A stretch of DNA of 64,000 bases from a virus (IMGVR_UViG_3300026549_000050:1-64000); one strand, 5' to 3'. Positions 9,973-18,428 are shown, counted from the stretch's first letter. Made by a program: numbers and translations. The notes: generated from the letters alone by a model not told the origin.

Positions 9973-10257
9973 ATGATTATATATAGTGAAATTCTTGATA
10001 AAACATTTGATAGCGTAAATGAGTGTTTAGACGCTGAAATCGCCTATAAGAAAGCCGAAGCCGAAAAGAAGGAGGCTGAAGAAGCACGTCAGGCAGAAAT
10101 TGATAAGGCTTATGAAGAAGCTATTGCTGCTTGTGATAAGTATCTTGAGCTTGTAGGCATTAAGAACGATGATGAAGATGAATATAGTTTTAAGATATAT
10201 AGCGACGATGCAGATGATAAGCTGTTTGAAACTATTTTAAACGTATTATTTAAATAA
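9973..10257 (+). CDS. Hypothetical coiled-coil protein
   Basis: RBS gaggag; YSEILDKTFDSVNECLDAE. Confidence 0.7.
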   Translation: MIIYSEILDKTFDSVNECLDAEIAYKKAEAEKKEAEEARQAEIDKAYEEAIAACDKYLELVGIKNDDEDEYSFKIYSDDADDKLFETILNVLFK

Positions 10258-10274
10258 AGAAAGGAAGGAATTAT

Positions 10275-10409
10275 ATGCTAAGTAAAGAGGCGAGACTCGC
10301 AAGAACAGAAGTAAGACTTCACAATCTGGAGAACAATGGAAAGAATTTTGACTCTCCTGGTGTTGTTAAAAAGCTGAGACGCAAGATTAAGCTGATGAAG
10401 AACAGATAA
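10275..10409 (+). CDS. Small basic 44-aa protein (not in ORF track)
   Basis: RBS aaggaagg; MLSKEARLARTEVRLHNLENNGKNFDSPGVVKKLRRKIKLMKNR; followed by a terminator hairpin. Confidence 0.6.
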   Translation: MLSKEARLARTEVRLHNLENNGKNFDSPGVVKKLRRKIKLMKNR

Positions 10410-10458
10410 TTAGTGGAGGGAGTATGTATTCCCTCCTTTTCTTTTAAGGAGGATATTT

Positions 10459-10677
10459 ATGACACTTATGGGAATTTATGAGACGGTTGAAAATACGTCG
10501 ACAGTGCCCGAGAGAAAAAATTACGGAACTGAACCAAGACTACAACAAGGATGGCAGTGTCCAAAGTGTGGACGTGTGCTCGCACCTTGGGCTAGCGTGT
10601 GTACGTGTTCGATATATGAGCGCACTCCGTGGAAATCGCCAATTATATGGTGTAAAACACCTTCTTCTTTCTGTTAG
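10459..10677 (+). CDS. Small Zn-finger protein
   Basis: GWQCPKCGRVLAPWASVCTC; RBS aaggagg. Confidence 0.65.
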   Translation: MTLMGIYETVENTSTVPERKNYGTEPRLQQGWQCPKCGRVLAPWASVCTCSIYERTPWKSPIIWCKTPSSFC

Positions 10678-10743
10678 AAAATTTTATTTTTTATTTATTT
10701 TTTGATATAATTATAATATAAAGAATAAGAAAGGAGAATAAAA

Positions 10744-10962
10744 ATGGCTGATAAAGTTCAAAAAATTGGAGAAATGAGATTTTGTCTCGACGATTGGAGA
10801 GAGACTAAATATAATGAAAGTACTGATACAACTTTTGCACTCTACGGAGCAGAGGACGATGAAGTAATGTCATTAGAAACTTACTATCTGTATTGTCGTC
10901 AGTTTGCCGCGGCGATGGGATTTTCAGAAAAATCTATCGAAGAACGGTTTGGTAAATATTAA
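10744..10962 (+). CDS. Hypothetical protein
   Basis: RBS aaggag; promoter upstream. Confidence 0.65.
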   Translation: MADKVQKIGEMRFCLDDWRETKYNESTDTTFALYGAEDDEVMSLETYYLYCRQFAAAMGFSEKSIEERFGKY

Positions 10963-11258
10963 TGGAAAATAAAGTATTGCTTAAAGTAGACGAATGGAAA
11001 GGTTCTTCCAAACACTGGTTTGTCGGCGACATCCATACTTGGACGGGCTGGCGTGCTATGGCGGAAGTTCTTGACGTAGGACAAGATATAGATGAGTTCA
11101 AAGAACTTCTTGCCAATAAATACAATGCAGTTGTTGAGTCTTATCGTGCTGATAAAGATTTCTTAATGTTCTATTGGCCTGAGTCAGATTATAAAAACGC
11201 TCATCAACTTAAGCTTGATGTTAATAGAATCGCCCGTAAGAAAAACTACTTAATATAA
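10962..11258 (+). CDS. Hypothetical protein
   Basis: Translationally coupled to the upstream gene. Confidence 0.65.
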   Translation: MENKVLLKVDEWKGSSKHWFVGDIHTWTGWRAMAEVLDVGQDIDEFKELLANKYNAVVESYRADKDFLMFYWPESDYKNAHQLKLDVNRIARKKNYLI

Positions 11259-11587
11259 GAGGGAATTAAAAACTTCAATAAGTAGGAGATATAGAAATGA
11301 AAAATTGTGAAAATTGCGAACACTATCAAAGTTGTTATCAATGGTGTAAAAAACAATCAATTGAAATAAAACAAGATACAACTACTCACAAGTGTTCCTC
11401 TTGGAAACAAAAAATAAGTCAATAACTGACAAGGAAAAGTCTTTAAAACCCGTGGGCCGGATGCACCGCCGCGCCATGAGAGCACGGTCACCAACGTTAA
11501 TGGTGTATAGAGGTCCCACCACCGAATTACGTTAAGACTAGGGAACTTGGGGTAGACCCCAACAAGAGAGGTTGTGCCTCTCACTAT

Positions 11588-11664
11588 GGCTTGGTAGTTC
11601 AGTTGGTTAGAATATCGGCCTGTCACGCCGAAGGTCACGGGTTCGAGTCCCGTTCAAGTCGCCA
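11588..11664 (+). tRNA. tRNA-Asp(GTC)
   Basis: Cloverleaf; anticodon arm tcggc-ctGTCac-gccga; T loop ttcgagt; encoded CCA. Confidence 0.95.
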
Positions 11665-11971
11665 GTTCTCTACGGGCCTCTCAACGATGCATAAAGATGT
11701 AGAGCCATTTGAAAGGCTTCGGCTAAAGACCTCGCATGAGCATACTATCGGTGTCATCCGTGATATGGATAGGCAATAGGGCGGGGCAACTTTTGTATTT
11801 GGAGAGGAGAAATGGACGAGAGGATAAAAAAGATTATAATTGACACTCCATATGATGATAGAGGTTGTTATAATTGTTACTACCATATGATTCTTAAAGA
11901 CAATAAAGATGACTGGTGTGAATTACATAAATACATTCTATCTATGTGGAAGTGGTGTGAAGGTTGGGAAC

Positions 11972-12664
11972 ATGAAAAATGATATAGTATATGTGTTAAA
12001 AGAAGGTGTAGACTCAGACGAATTACGCTATTCTTTGCGTTCAGTTTGTAAGAATTTTAACTTCAATGAAGTATGGTTTTATGGCGGTTGTCCAAAAGAT
12101 ATACAACCAGACCATTGGATACAATTTAGTCAGGTTGGATTAAATAAGTGGCATCGTACAAGAAGTATGTATCAAGCCATTTTTGAGAATGATGATATTA
12201 CTCCAGATTTCTTTTTGTTTAATGATGATTTTTTTATTATGCGCCATTATAGACAGGACTTAGCAATTTCTAATGGAACTTTAGATATGCAAGCCTATCG
12301 AATACAATGTGCTAATAGCGGTTTTTCAAGATACACAGAAAGACTTAAACATACTGCGACAGCTTTGCGTAAACGAGGATTTGATACAATTTCTTATGAG
12401 TGTCATGTGCCTATGCTGATTAATCGTGAGAAGGCGTTAAAACTTCTAACTGACTTTAAGAAAGACACGGCTTTTCGGTCTACTTATGGTAATTATTATA
12501 ACATAGGTGGAAGACTTATTGATGACTATAAGATAGTAAAATTAGACCAAGAACCAGACAGAGAAAAAGAAATTATATCTACTACTGAAGAATCTTTTGC
12601 AAAAGGAAAAGTAGGAGATTATATTAAGAAAAAATTTCCAAACAAAAGTAAATATGAGCTATAG
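11972..12664 (+). CDS. Stealth-family-like (hexose-1-phosphate transferase-like) protein
   Basis: ELRYSLRSV and FFLFNDDFFI match Stealth conserved region 2. Confidence 0.6.
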   Translation: MKNDIVYVLKEGVDSDELRYSLRSVCKNFNFNEVWFYGGCPKDIQPDHWIQFSQVGLNKWHRTRSMYQAIFENDDITPDFFLFNDDFFIMRHYRQDLAISNGTLDMQAYRIQCANSGFSRYTERLKHTATALRKRGFDTISYECHVPMLINREKALKLLTDFKKDTAFRSTYGNYYNIGGRLIDDYKIVKLDQEPDREKEIISTTEESFAKGKVGDYIKKKFPNKSKYEL

Positions 12665-12724
12665 CTTTGCGGGGCAGTCCACCCACCGCTGCATAGCGGA
12701 GGGCGCAGACTGATTCCCGCTTAT

Positions 12725-12813
12725 GGAAGTAGTTGCAACAAATACACAAACGACTCAGGGTAGGGAAGGACGGTTTAATCGTCTGCAAAGTGGTTCGACT
12801 CCACCTACTTCCA
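12725..12813 (+). ncRNA. tRNA-like element with an 8-bp acceptor stem and T arm, no canonical D/anticodon arms
   Basis: ggaagtag/ctacttcc; gtgg-ttcgact-ccac. Confidence 0.55.
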
Positions 12814-12948
12814 ATTGTCATTTTAACCTGTTAGACAATAAAAAACAAGTGTAGGAGAATATCCTTAGTATTGCTTGGCGCCGCTTTGTTAGGGGTCTGT
12901 ACGGGTAAACGTAAGGCAACGCTTAAATTATTTTTTTATGGAGGGTTT

Positions 12949-13203
12949 ATGGGAAAAAGATATATACCAAAACACTCTACACTTTGGTATCAAAAGTTGC
13001 ATCGTAGTTATATAGATTGGGAAAATGAACTATATGATAGCGTTACTGGCGTATTAAAAGTGTATTGGAATAAATTGATAGTATGGCTTCATAGTTTTAC
13101 GAATTTTCTTATTAGGTGTATAGATAAACACGATAAAATTTGGGATAAAATTGAAGAAAAAATTGAAGATTTCTATGAAGACTATATACTTAATAAGTTT
13201 TAG
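12949..13203 (+). CDS. Hypothetical protein
   Basis: RBS ggagg before ATG 12949. Confidence 0.55.
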   Translation: MGKRYIPKHSTLWYQKLHRSYIDWENELYDSVTGVLKVYWNKLIVWLHSFTNFLIRCIDKHDKIWDKIEEKIEDFYEDYILNKF

Positions 13204-13211
13204 GAGATTGT

Positions 13212-13439
13212 ATGTGGATTGAAACTGTAGATGGTTATGTAAAACAAGATGCAATTATTGACGTACATATAAATCACTGCTATCCAGGTGCGGTATATGT
13301 ATTGTTAACCTCTGGTGATTCAGTTAAGGTAGCAGATTTTGGAAACGACTCATTAAGTGCAGAAACTTATCTATCTGAATTAATGCGTATTTTAATTGGA
13401 AATAGATTTGAAAATGAGTTTGTAAGATTACTTCCATAG
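13212..13439 (+). CDS. Hypothetical protein
   Basis: RBS aggag. Confidence 0.65.
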   Translation: MWIETVDGYVKQDAIIDVHINHCYPGAVYVLLTSGDSVKVADFGNDSLSAETYLSELMRILIGNRFENEFVRLLP

Positions 13440-13511
13440 GATAATAGTAATTTGAATTTTCTTTATTTTTTTTATATAATATATATAGAAAGATTAAGAA
13501 AGGAGATTTCT

Positions 13512-13805
13512 ATGTTTACAGAAAAAGAACTTTATGAACATCTATTCGATGGCGCAGAAGGAAGTCTTCAATTGTCTTACGAAGATGCGTGTACGCTTCA
13601 GAAGATACTTATCTCTAACGGATATGCAGTTATGATGAGTACTGGTGATATCGGCGATGACTATAAAATAGAATGGATATATGCTGGAACTTCAGGTAAT
13701 CTGAACTATGCCGATTCTTCTAATGTGGTTTTCTCCCATAGAGACTATCTTGATATGCTCTATTGGAAAGATTACGAGGTTGAAGAGGAGGAACTCGACC
13801 AATGA
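13512..13805 (+). CDS. Hypothetical acidic protein
   Basis: Promoter plus RBS aaggag before ATG 13512. Confidence 0.65.
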   Translation: MFTEKELYEHLFDGAEGSLQLSYEDACTLQKILISNGYAVMMSTGDIGDDYKIEWIYAGTSGNLNYADSSNVVFSHRDYLDMLYWKDYEVEEEELDQ

Positions 13806-14095
13806 AAGCGATAATAACCGTTGGATATGGTGCTGGTTTTTCGGAGTGGAATGACCCGAATCTTGCAGTAGACCAGAGAATTGTAGAAACTTTCGAGAAA
13901 AACCCAGAGATGAGTCTTGATGAGTTCAAGGCGCTGTGTAAGTCTTGCGGTTATGATGATATATGTGTCATTAAGGAAGATTTGGAGACAATGGAAGTTG
14001 TTGAGATTCCAGATGATGTATACTTTCGCATTACTTCACACGGTGGTTGGGAGAGTGTAGAAGTGTTCGACCCAGAGAAATGGTTTCACTCATAG
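13802..14095 (+). CDS. Hypothetical protein
   Basis: GYGAGFSEWN...YFRITSHGGWESV; overlapping ATGA junction. Confidence 0.65.
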   Translation: MKAIITVGYGAGFSEWNDPNLAVDQRIVETFEKNPEMSLDEFKALCKSCGYDDICVIKEDLETMEVVEIPDDVYFRITSHGGWESVEVFDPEKWFHS

Positions 14096-14440
14096 GGTGT
14101 TAATCATATATATAAATCCTTTCAATAGAACGTAAGTAGTCTTATGTGGCGCGGCCGCAAAGCATATGTATGAAAGAAACGTATATGAGGAAAGGTTGAC
14201 TATTTGCTGGTGATGAGGCAGTTTCTGAATAGGAGAAATTGGTTAACCATCGTAGTAGTAGGGAATCTAAATGACTAACTGGTTGTACTAATTGTAAAAC
14301 CAGGAAAGCAAACACTTATGATGTTGTCCTACTAAGTTCGCAACTTTGATAGCGCGGCCGCCGAGTACGTATAGGTGGTCGTTATATTGGCTCTAACTTT
14401 CAAATGACTAGTAAACTCTTGGGTTAGAGCTAATCAATAT

Positions 14441-14517
14441 GCCTCTGTAATCCAATCGGTAGAGATAGTGGATTTAAAATCCATACAGTGCAGGTTCGAA
14501 TCCAGCCAGAGGTACCA
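14441..14517 (+). tRNA. tRNA-Leu(TAA), short variable arm
   Basis: gcctctg/cagaggt acceptor; gtgga-ttTAAaa-tccat; encoded CCA. Confidence 0.85.
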
Positions 14518-14565
14518 ACTAATTTTTCAAAAGATCAGTATAATTATTATTTTGGAGAAGAATAA

Positions 14566-15096
14566 ATGGGTTTAAATAAAGGATATTTAACTGCTAAAAC
14601 GGATAAGGCTTCTGATGAGGTTTTTACTCCAGCGTATGCAGTAAAACCGTTATTAAAATATTTGATTAATTTCAATGGAACTATATGGTGTCCCTTTGAT
14701 AAAGAAGATAGTGAATACGTTAAAATTTTTCGAGAAAATGGATATAATGTTATCTGCACTCATATAGATAATGAAGAAAATTTCTTTTACTACGAACCAG
14801 AAAACTATGATTTAATTATATCAAATCCTCCATTTTCTATTAAAGATGATATACTTAAACGCTTGTATGAGTTGGATAAACCATATGCAATTTTACTTCC
14901 AGTTCCTTCTTTACAAGGACAAAAGCGTTTTCCTTATATGAAAAATTGTCAAGCTTTAATTTTTGACAAGCGAATAAATTATTATATGACGCCAGATAAA
15001 ACACAAGTACAAAAGGGAGTAAGTTTTGGTAGTTTTTATTTATGTAAAGACTTTCTTCCTAAAGATTTGATTTTTGAAGAATTAAAAACCAAATAG
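14566..15096 (+). CDS. N6-adenine (amino) methyltransferase
   Basis: SDEVFTP, IWCPFD, catalytic DLIISNPPFS. Confidence 0.8.
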   Translation: MGLNKGYLTAKTDKASDEVFTPAYAVKPLLKYLINFNGTIWCPFDKEDSEYVKIFRENGYNVICTHIDNEENFFYYEPENYDLIISNPPFSIKDDILKRLYELDKPYAILLPVPSLQGQKRFPYMKNCQALIFDKRINYYMTPDKTQVQKGVSFGSFYLCKDFLPKDLIFEELKTK

Positions 15097-15270
15097 ACCG
15101 TCGATTCTGTATGTCGACGGCGGGCCGCCGTAAACGTATGGCACATAAGTAAAACTAATTTGAAAAATTAATAAAAATCCTATATAATATATATAGAAAG
15201 TGAGAAAAGAAATCTCACTTTTGGGTATCAATAACTGGGCCGACAACGGAATATGTGAGATACCCCTTAG

Positions 15271-15329
15271 GTCGTCGTAGTTCAAAATGGCAGAACGCTG
15301 AGTTGCGGGTTCGAATCCCGTCGATGACA
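15271..15329 (+). ncRNA. tRNA-like RNA lacking the anticodon arm
   Basis: Acceptor gtcgtcg/cgatgac; D arm gttc-aaaatggca-gaac; 8-nt linker gctgagtt; T arm gcggg-ttcgaat-cccgt. Confidence 0.7.
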
Positions 15330-16082
15330 AAGGTCAAATAGGTTAGGACACGGAACAACTTCTATTTGGCTCCGTAAAGTCGCTAAATAGCTGGCGCTGA
15401 GCGACGATAAACAATAGCGTGAGCGGGCGGAGGACAAGTTAATCCGCCGCAATAGAAATGCTTGTCCCGAGTAGGGTTAGAACTCCGCAGATTCTTCCTT
15501 CTGACGACAACAAAAATGAAGAATGGATAGACCATTTCAAAACGAGCAATCACATCGGCTTAGGAATAGACTGTGTGGGCGATGTTAGTTGAATATTTCT
15601 ACGCCCATATAAAGAAGTGAAACCTGCACCCACCACAGGGGCCGTATCGACGATGAAAGCGAGAAATGTGGTAGACACTAATAGCGAGTTGGAGCGTATA
15701 AGTCTATAAAAATTCTCAAGAACTCATCCGCGATGAAGGCGCGGAGGATATAAATGCAACCAATTCCGCAGATGTCCTCTGCGGCGTGAATCCACCGAGA
15801 TGAAATTAAAACGGACACATAAACAGAACATACTGTATAAAAGAAACGTACTTTGCGAATTTATTGGCGTTAAATGAATTCGTCGTTCTGCGGCGGCACC
15901 GTAGAGGTTTATTACACCGCTTACATAACGGGAAACGCACCATAGAGTAGTAAATATTATGTAATCGCGGTTGGCAGACCATCGCATATCCTAGGTTATA
16001 AACACGGTCTCTGCTCGTTTGGAAGTAGTATCGAGAAAACTTTCCGTATTTTGTAGGTTTTCACGAAGTAAAATCTACAAAC
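15330..16082 (+). ncRNA. Large structured RNA candidate with pseudoknots
   Basis: No credible ORF; H-type pseudoknots at 15379-15419 and 15423-15467; long-range helix aaacgagca (~15540) with tgctcgttt (~16012). Confidence 0.5.
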
Positions 16083-16089
16083 GCGTTGT

Positions 16090-16164
16090 CGGGGATTGGA
16101 GCAGTGGTAGCTTGTCAGCCTCATAAGCTGAAGGTCAGTAGTTCGAATCTACTATCCCCAACCA
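16090..16164 (+). tRNA. tRNA-Met(CAT), initiator-like C1xA72 mismatch
   Basis: tcagc-ctCATaa-gctga; encoded CCA. Confidence 0.9.
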
Positions 16165-16167
16165 TTT

Positions 16168-16243
16168 GGGACATTAGCTCAGTTGGCAGAGCAAACGGCC
16201 GTTAACCGTTAGGTCCTTCGTTCAAGTCGAAGATGTCCCGCCA
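16168..16243 (+). tRNA. tRNA-Asn(GTT)
   Basis: aacgg-ccGTTaa-ccgtt (C33); encoded CCA. Confidence 0.88.
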
Positions 16244-16247
16244 TTTT

Positions 16248-16340
16248 GGGAAAATAGTTTATAAGGTTAGAACGCAATATAGTTCCCTTCCGCGCGGAAT
16301 GGAAGGGACTGAAGTGTGGGTTCGAGTCCCACTTTTCCCC
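16248..16340 (+). ncRNA. tRNA-like RNA with an aberrant, extended anticodon arm
   Basis: gggaaaa/ttttccc acceptor; D arm gttt/gaac; ~10-bp stem agttcccttcc/ggaagggact with a 9-nt loop; T arm gtggg-ttcgagt-cccac. Confidence 0.65.
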
Positions 16341-16431
16341 TTAAAGTTGAAACTTCTCGGATAAGCACGCTACGGTGGGTTGCAGTCTGCGCGGGCCAGG
16401 CAGAGAGAAGAACTTACCCGCATTTTAATGA

Positions 16432-16509
16432 ACCCGAGTGGAGGAATTGGTAGACTCAACAGCCTTTGAAGTTGTAGTTTTGTGCGTTCAAGTCGCACCT
16501 CGGGTGCCA
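16432..16509 (+). tRNA. tRNA-Gln(TTG)
   Basis: acccgag/ctcgggt; acagc-ctTTGaa-gttgt; G73; encoded CCA. Confidence 0.85.
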
Positions 16510-16603
16510 ATTTTCGAACTAAAAATCCGAACCTTGACTTAATTTTGTATAAGTGCGTTATTGTTTTTCCACTTATAATTAGAAGAAATAAGGAGGAAAT
16601 AAT

Positions 16604-17575
16604 ATGGCAATAATTGATAATTTTACAAAAGAAGAGCTTGAAATTATAGCTAAAGAAAGTAAAAGTTATAAAGAAGTTCTTGTTAAGTTGGGGTATTGTG
16701 TAGGGGGTAATAATCATAAAACAGTTAAAAATCGTTTAGAAAAATATGGTATTACTACGGAACATTTTTCAATAGATACTGAAAACATTGTTGTTCGGAC
16801 AGAAGAAAATGTATTCTGCAAAAATTCTACTGCCTCTCAAGCAGTATTGCGTCGATGGTTTACAAAAGGTGAATATGTACCATATAAATGTGATTGCTGT
16901 GGCATTTCAGAGTGGCAAGGCAAAGATTTATCCCTACAATTAGACCATATCAATGGGGATAATCGCGATAATAGATTAGAAAATCTACGCTGGTTATGCC
17001 CTAATTGTCATTCACAAACAGATACTTTTTGCGGAAAACACTTAAAGAAAAAACACGCCACTTCTAAAGGCATTAAAATACCAAAACCAAAAATAAACCA
17101 TTGTGTTGATTGCGGTGTTGAAATTTCGTCGGCGGCCGAGCGATGTCTTGAATGTGCGATGAAGGCCCGTAGGTTTATTGACAGACCTGCCAAAGAAGAA
17201 CTTGAAAAGATTTTGTGGGAGTATAAAGGTAATTTTACCGCAGTAGGTAAATTATTTAATACATCTGATAATAATGTACGCAAATGGTGTAAATCTTATG
17301 GATTACCATTTCATTCTAAAGATTATAAGCCAAAAGTAGAAGTTAAACCAAGAGAAAAAACAGATGAAGGCTTGCCAAAACCTGTCGTTCAATTAGATAA
17401 AAAGACTTTAGAAGAATTAAACACTTTTGAGTCTTTACAGGGCGCGGCGAGATGGCTTCAAGAAAATAACCATACTACTGATAAAAGTGTAAGTGGTGTA
17501 GCAGCGCACATAGGACAAGTATGTAATGGTCAACGCAATACTGCTTATGGTTTTAAATGGGATTTTATAAGTTAA
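16604..17575 (+). CDS. HNH homing endonuclease with Zn-finger, HTH and NUMOD1-like DNA-binding domains
   Basis: CDCC...LQLDHINGDNRDNRLENLRWLCPNCH; C-terminal FESLQGAAR...CNGQRNTAYGFKW. Confidence 0.88.
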   Translation: MAIIDNFTKEELEIIAKESKSYKEVLVKLGYCVGGNNHKTVKNRLEKYGITTEHFSIDTENIVVRTEENVFCKNSTASQAVLRRWFTKGEYVPYKCDCCGISEWQGKDLSLQLDHINGDNRDNRLENLRWLCPNCHSQTDTFCGKHLKKKHATSKGIKIPKPKINHCVDCGVEISSAAERCLECAMKARRFIDRPAKEELEKILWEYKGNFTAVGKLFNTSDNNVRKWCKSYGLPFHSKDYKPKVEVKPREKTDEGLPKPVVQLDKKTLEELNTFESLQGAARWLQENNHTTDKSVSGVAAHIGQVCNGQRNTAYGFKWDFIS

Positions 17576-18155
17576 TTTCCGCAAACGGTTCCGTCGATTC
17601 CATACGTCGACGGCTGCGCGCTGAATACGTACAACATATACGTAAAACTTGAAATTTTATTATTTTTTTTATATAATATATATAGAAAGTGAGAGAGGGA
17701 GAAAATAATTGCTCCTTTATCCAACGAACGGACTCTTTTACACTTTCTACCATTTATACCTGCAGCAAAACGGGTTTACGCAGATGTGCGGTTGGCCGAC
17801 CTTAAGGCACGAACTTGCAAGTTCTATTAAAATCATCCAAGTCTGGTCTAGATGTAAAAAGGAAAAAATAAGGTGGCCTCTTAGCCAGATTGAGGGGCGA
17901 TATTTAGATATTACCAAAGTAATTTGTTAATATGCCAGGGCTGCGTAGAAGTCGCACTTCAAGGCAGAAGCCCGTTGTACTCACGGAATCAAAGCCGAGT
18001 CGCACTCGGCACTTACCGCGCCCACACGGTATATAAAACATTGAACCGAATTAACGGAAAAGTCTGCTGCGGTGGACCACGAATTGACGTGGCGTGTGTG
18101 GGATATATCAGGGCTGGGCCTCTGCCACTAAGGGCGGGGGTGCAACGCCCTGTAT

Positions 18156-18231
18156 GGCGCGGTAGAGCAGTTAGGTCAGCCCGCCGAGGAAGAAATCTCG
18201 GAAGTCGCAGGTTCAAATCCTGTCCGCGCCT
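18156..18231 (+). tRNA. tRNA-like/pseudo-tRNA with a purine-rich 8-nt anticodon loop (undetermined)
   Basis: ggcgcgg/ccgcgcc acceptor; ccgag-gaagaaat-ctcgg; T arm gcagg-ttcaaat-cctgt; no U33 and no CCA. Confidence 0.65.
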
Positions 18232-18428
18232 TAGATATGCTTTCATGGAACACCTCCTTTCAATGGTTCCGCTGCGGTAGTACTATCGTAGCGGAACAAT
18301 TTTGTAGAGTGGGTGTATTTTGGGTTTACTTATATATAGATAATTTAGTCAAGTCAAGCAATTGGCTTTTTATATATATCTCTGGGGCGGTAGATGGTAC
18401 TGCCCTTTCTTTTTAGGAGGAGTTATTT

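Noticed and set aside
11665-11790. tRNA-associated HDV-like (theta) ribozyme
   Set aside because: I could not build the nested double pseudoknot or find the L3/J4-2 consensus.
14105-14440. RNase P RNA or hammerhead ribozyme
   Set aside because: GAGGAAAG is not followed by UCC and the 3' P4 strand is absent; TGATGAG lacks the C and a correctly placed GAAA.
15332-15375. Third pseudoknot (acgga/tccgt)
   Set aside because: There is no linker after the 10-bp stem, so the geometry is implausible; treated as a plain hairpin.
15271-16082. tmRNA (tRNA-like domain plus pseudoknots)
   Set aside because: The tRNA-like domain is self-contained, has a D stem and no G3-U70, and no tag reading frame is evident.
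8831-18280. ORFs overlapping the ncRNA/tRNA loci (8831-9157, 9442-9762, 11591-11779, 15724-15987, 17924-18280)
   Set aside because: No RBS, atypical composition, and they overlap clear RNA structures.
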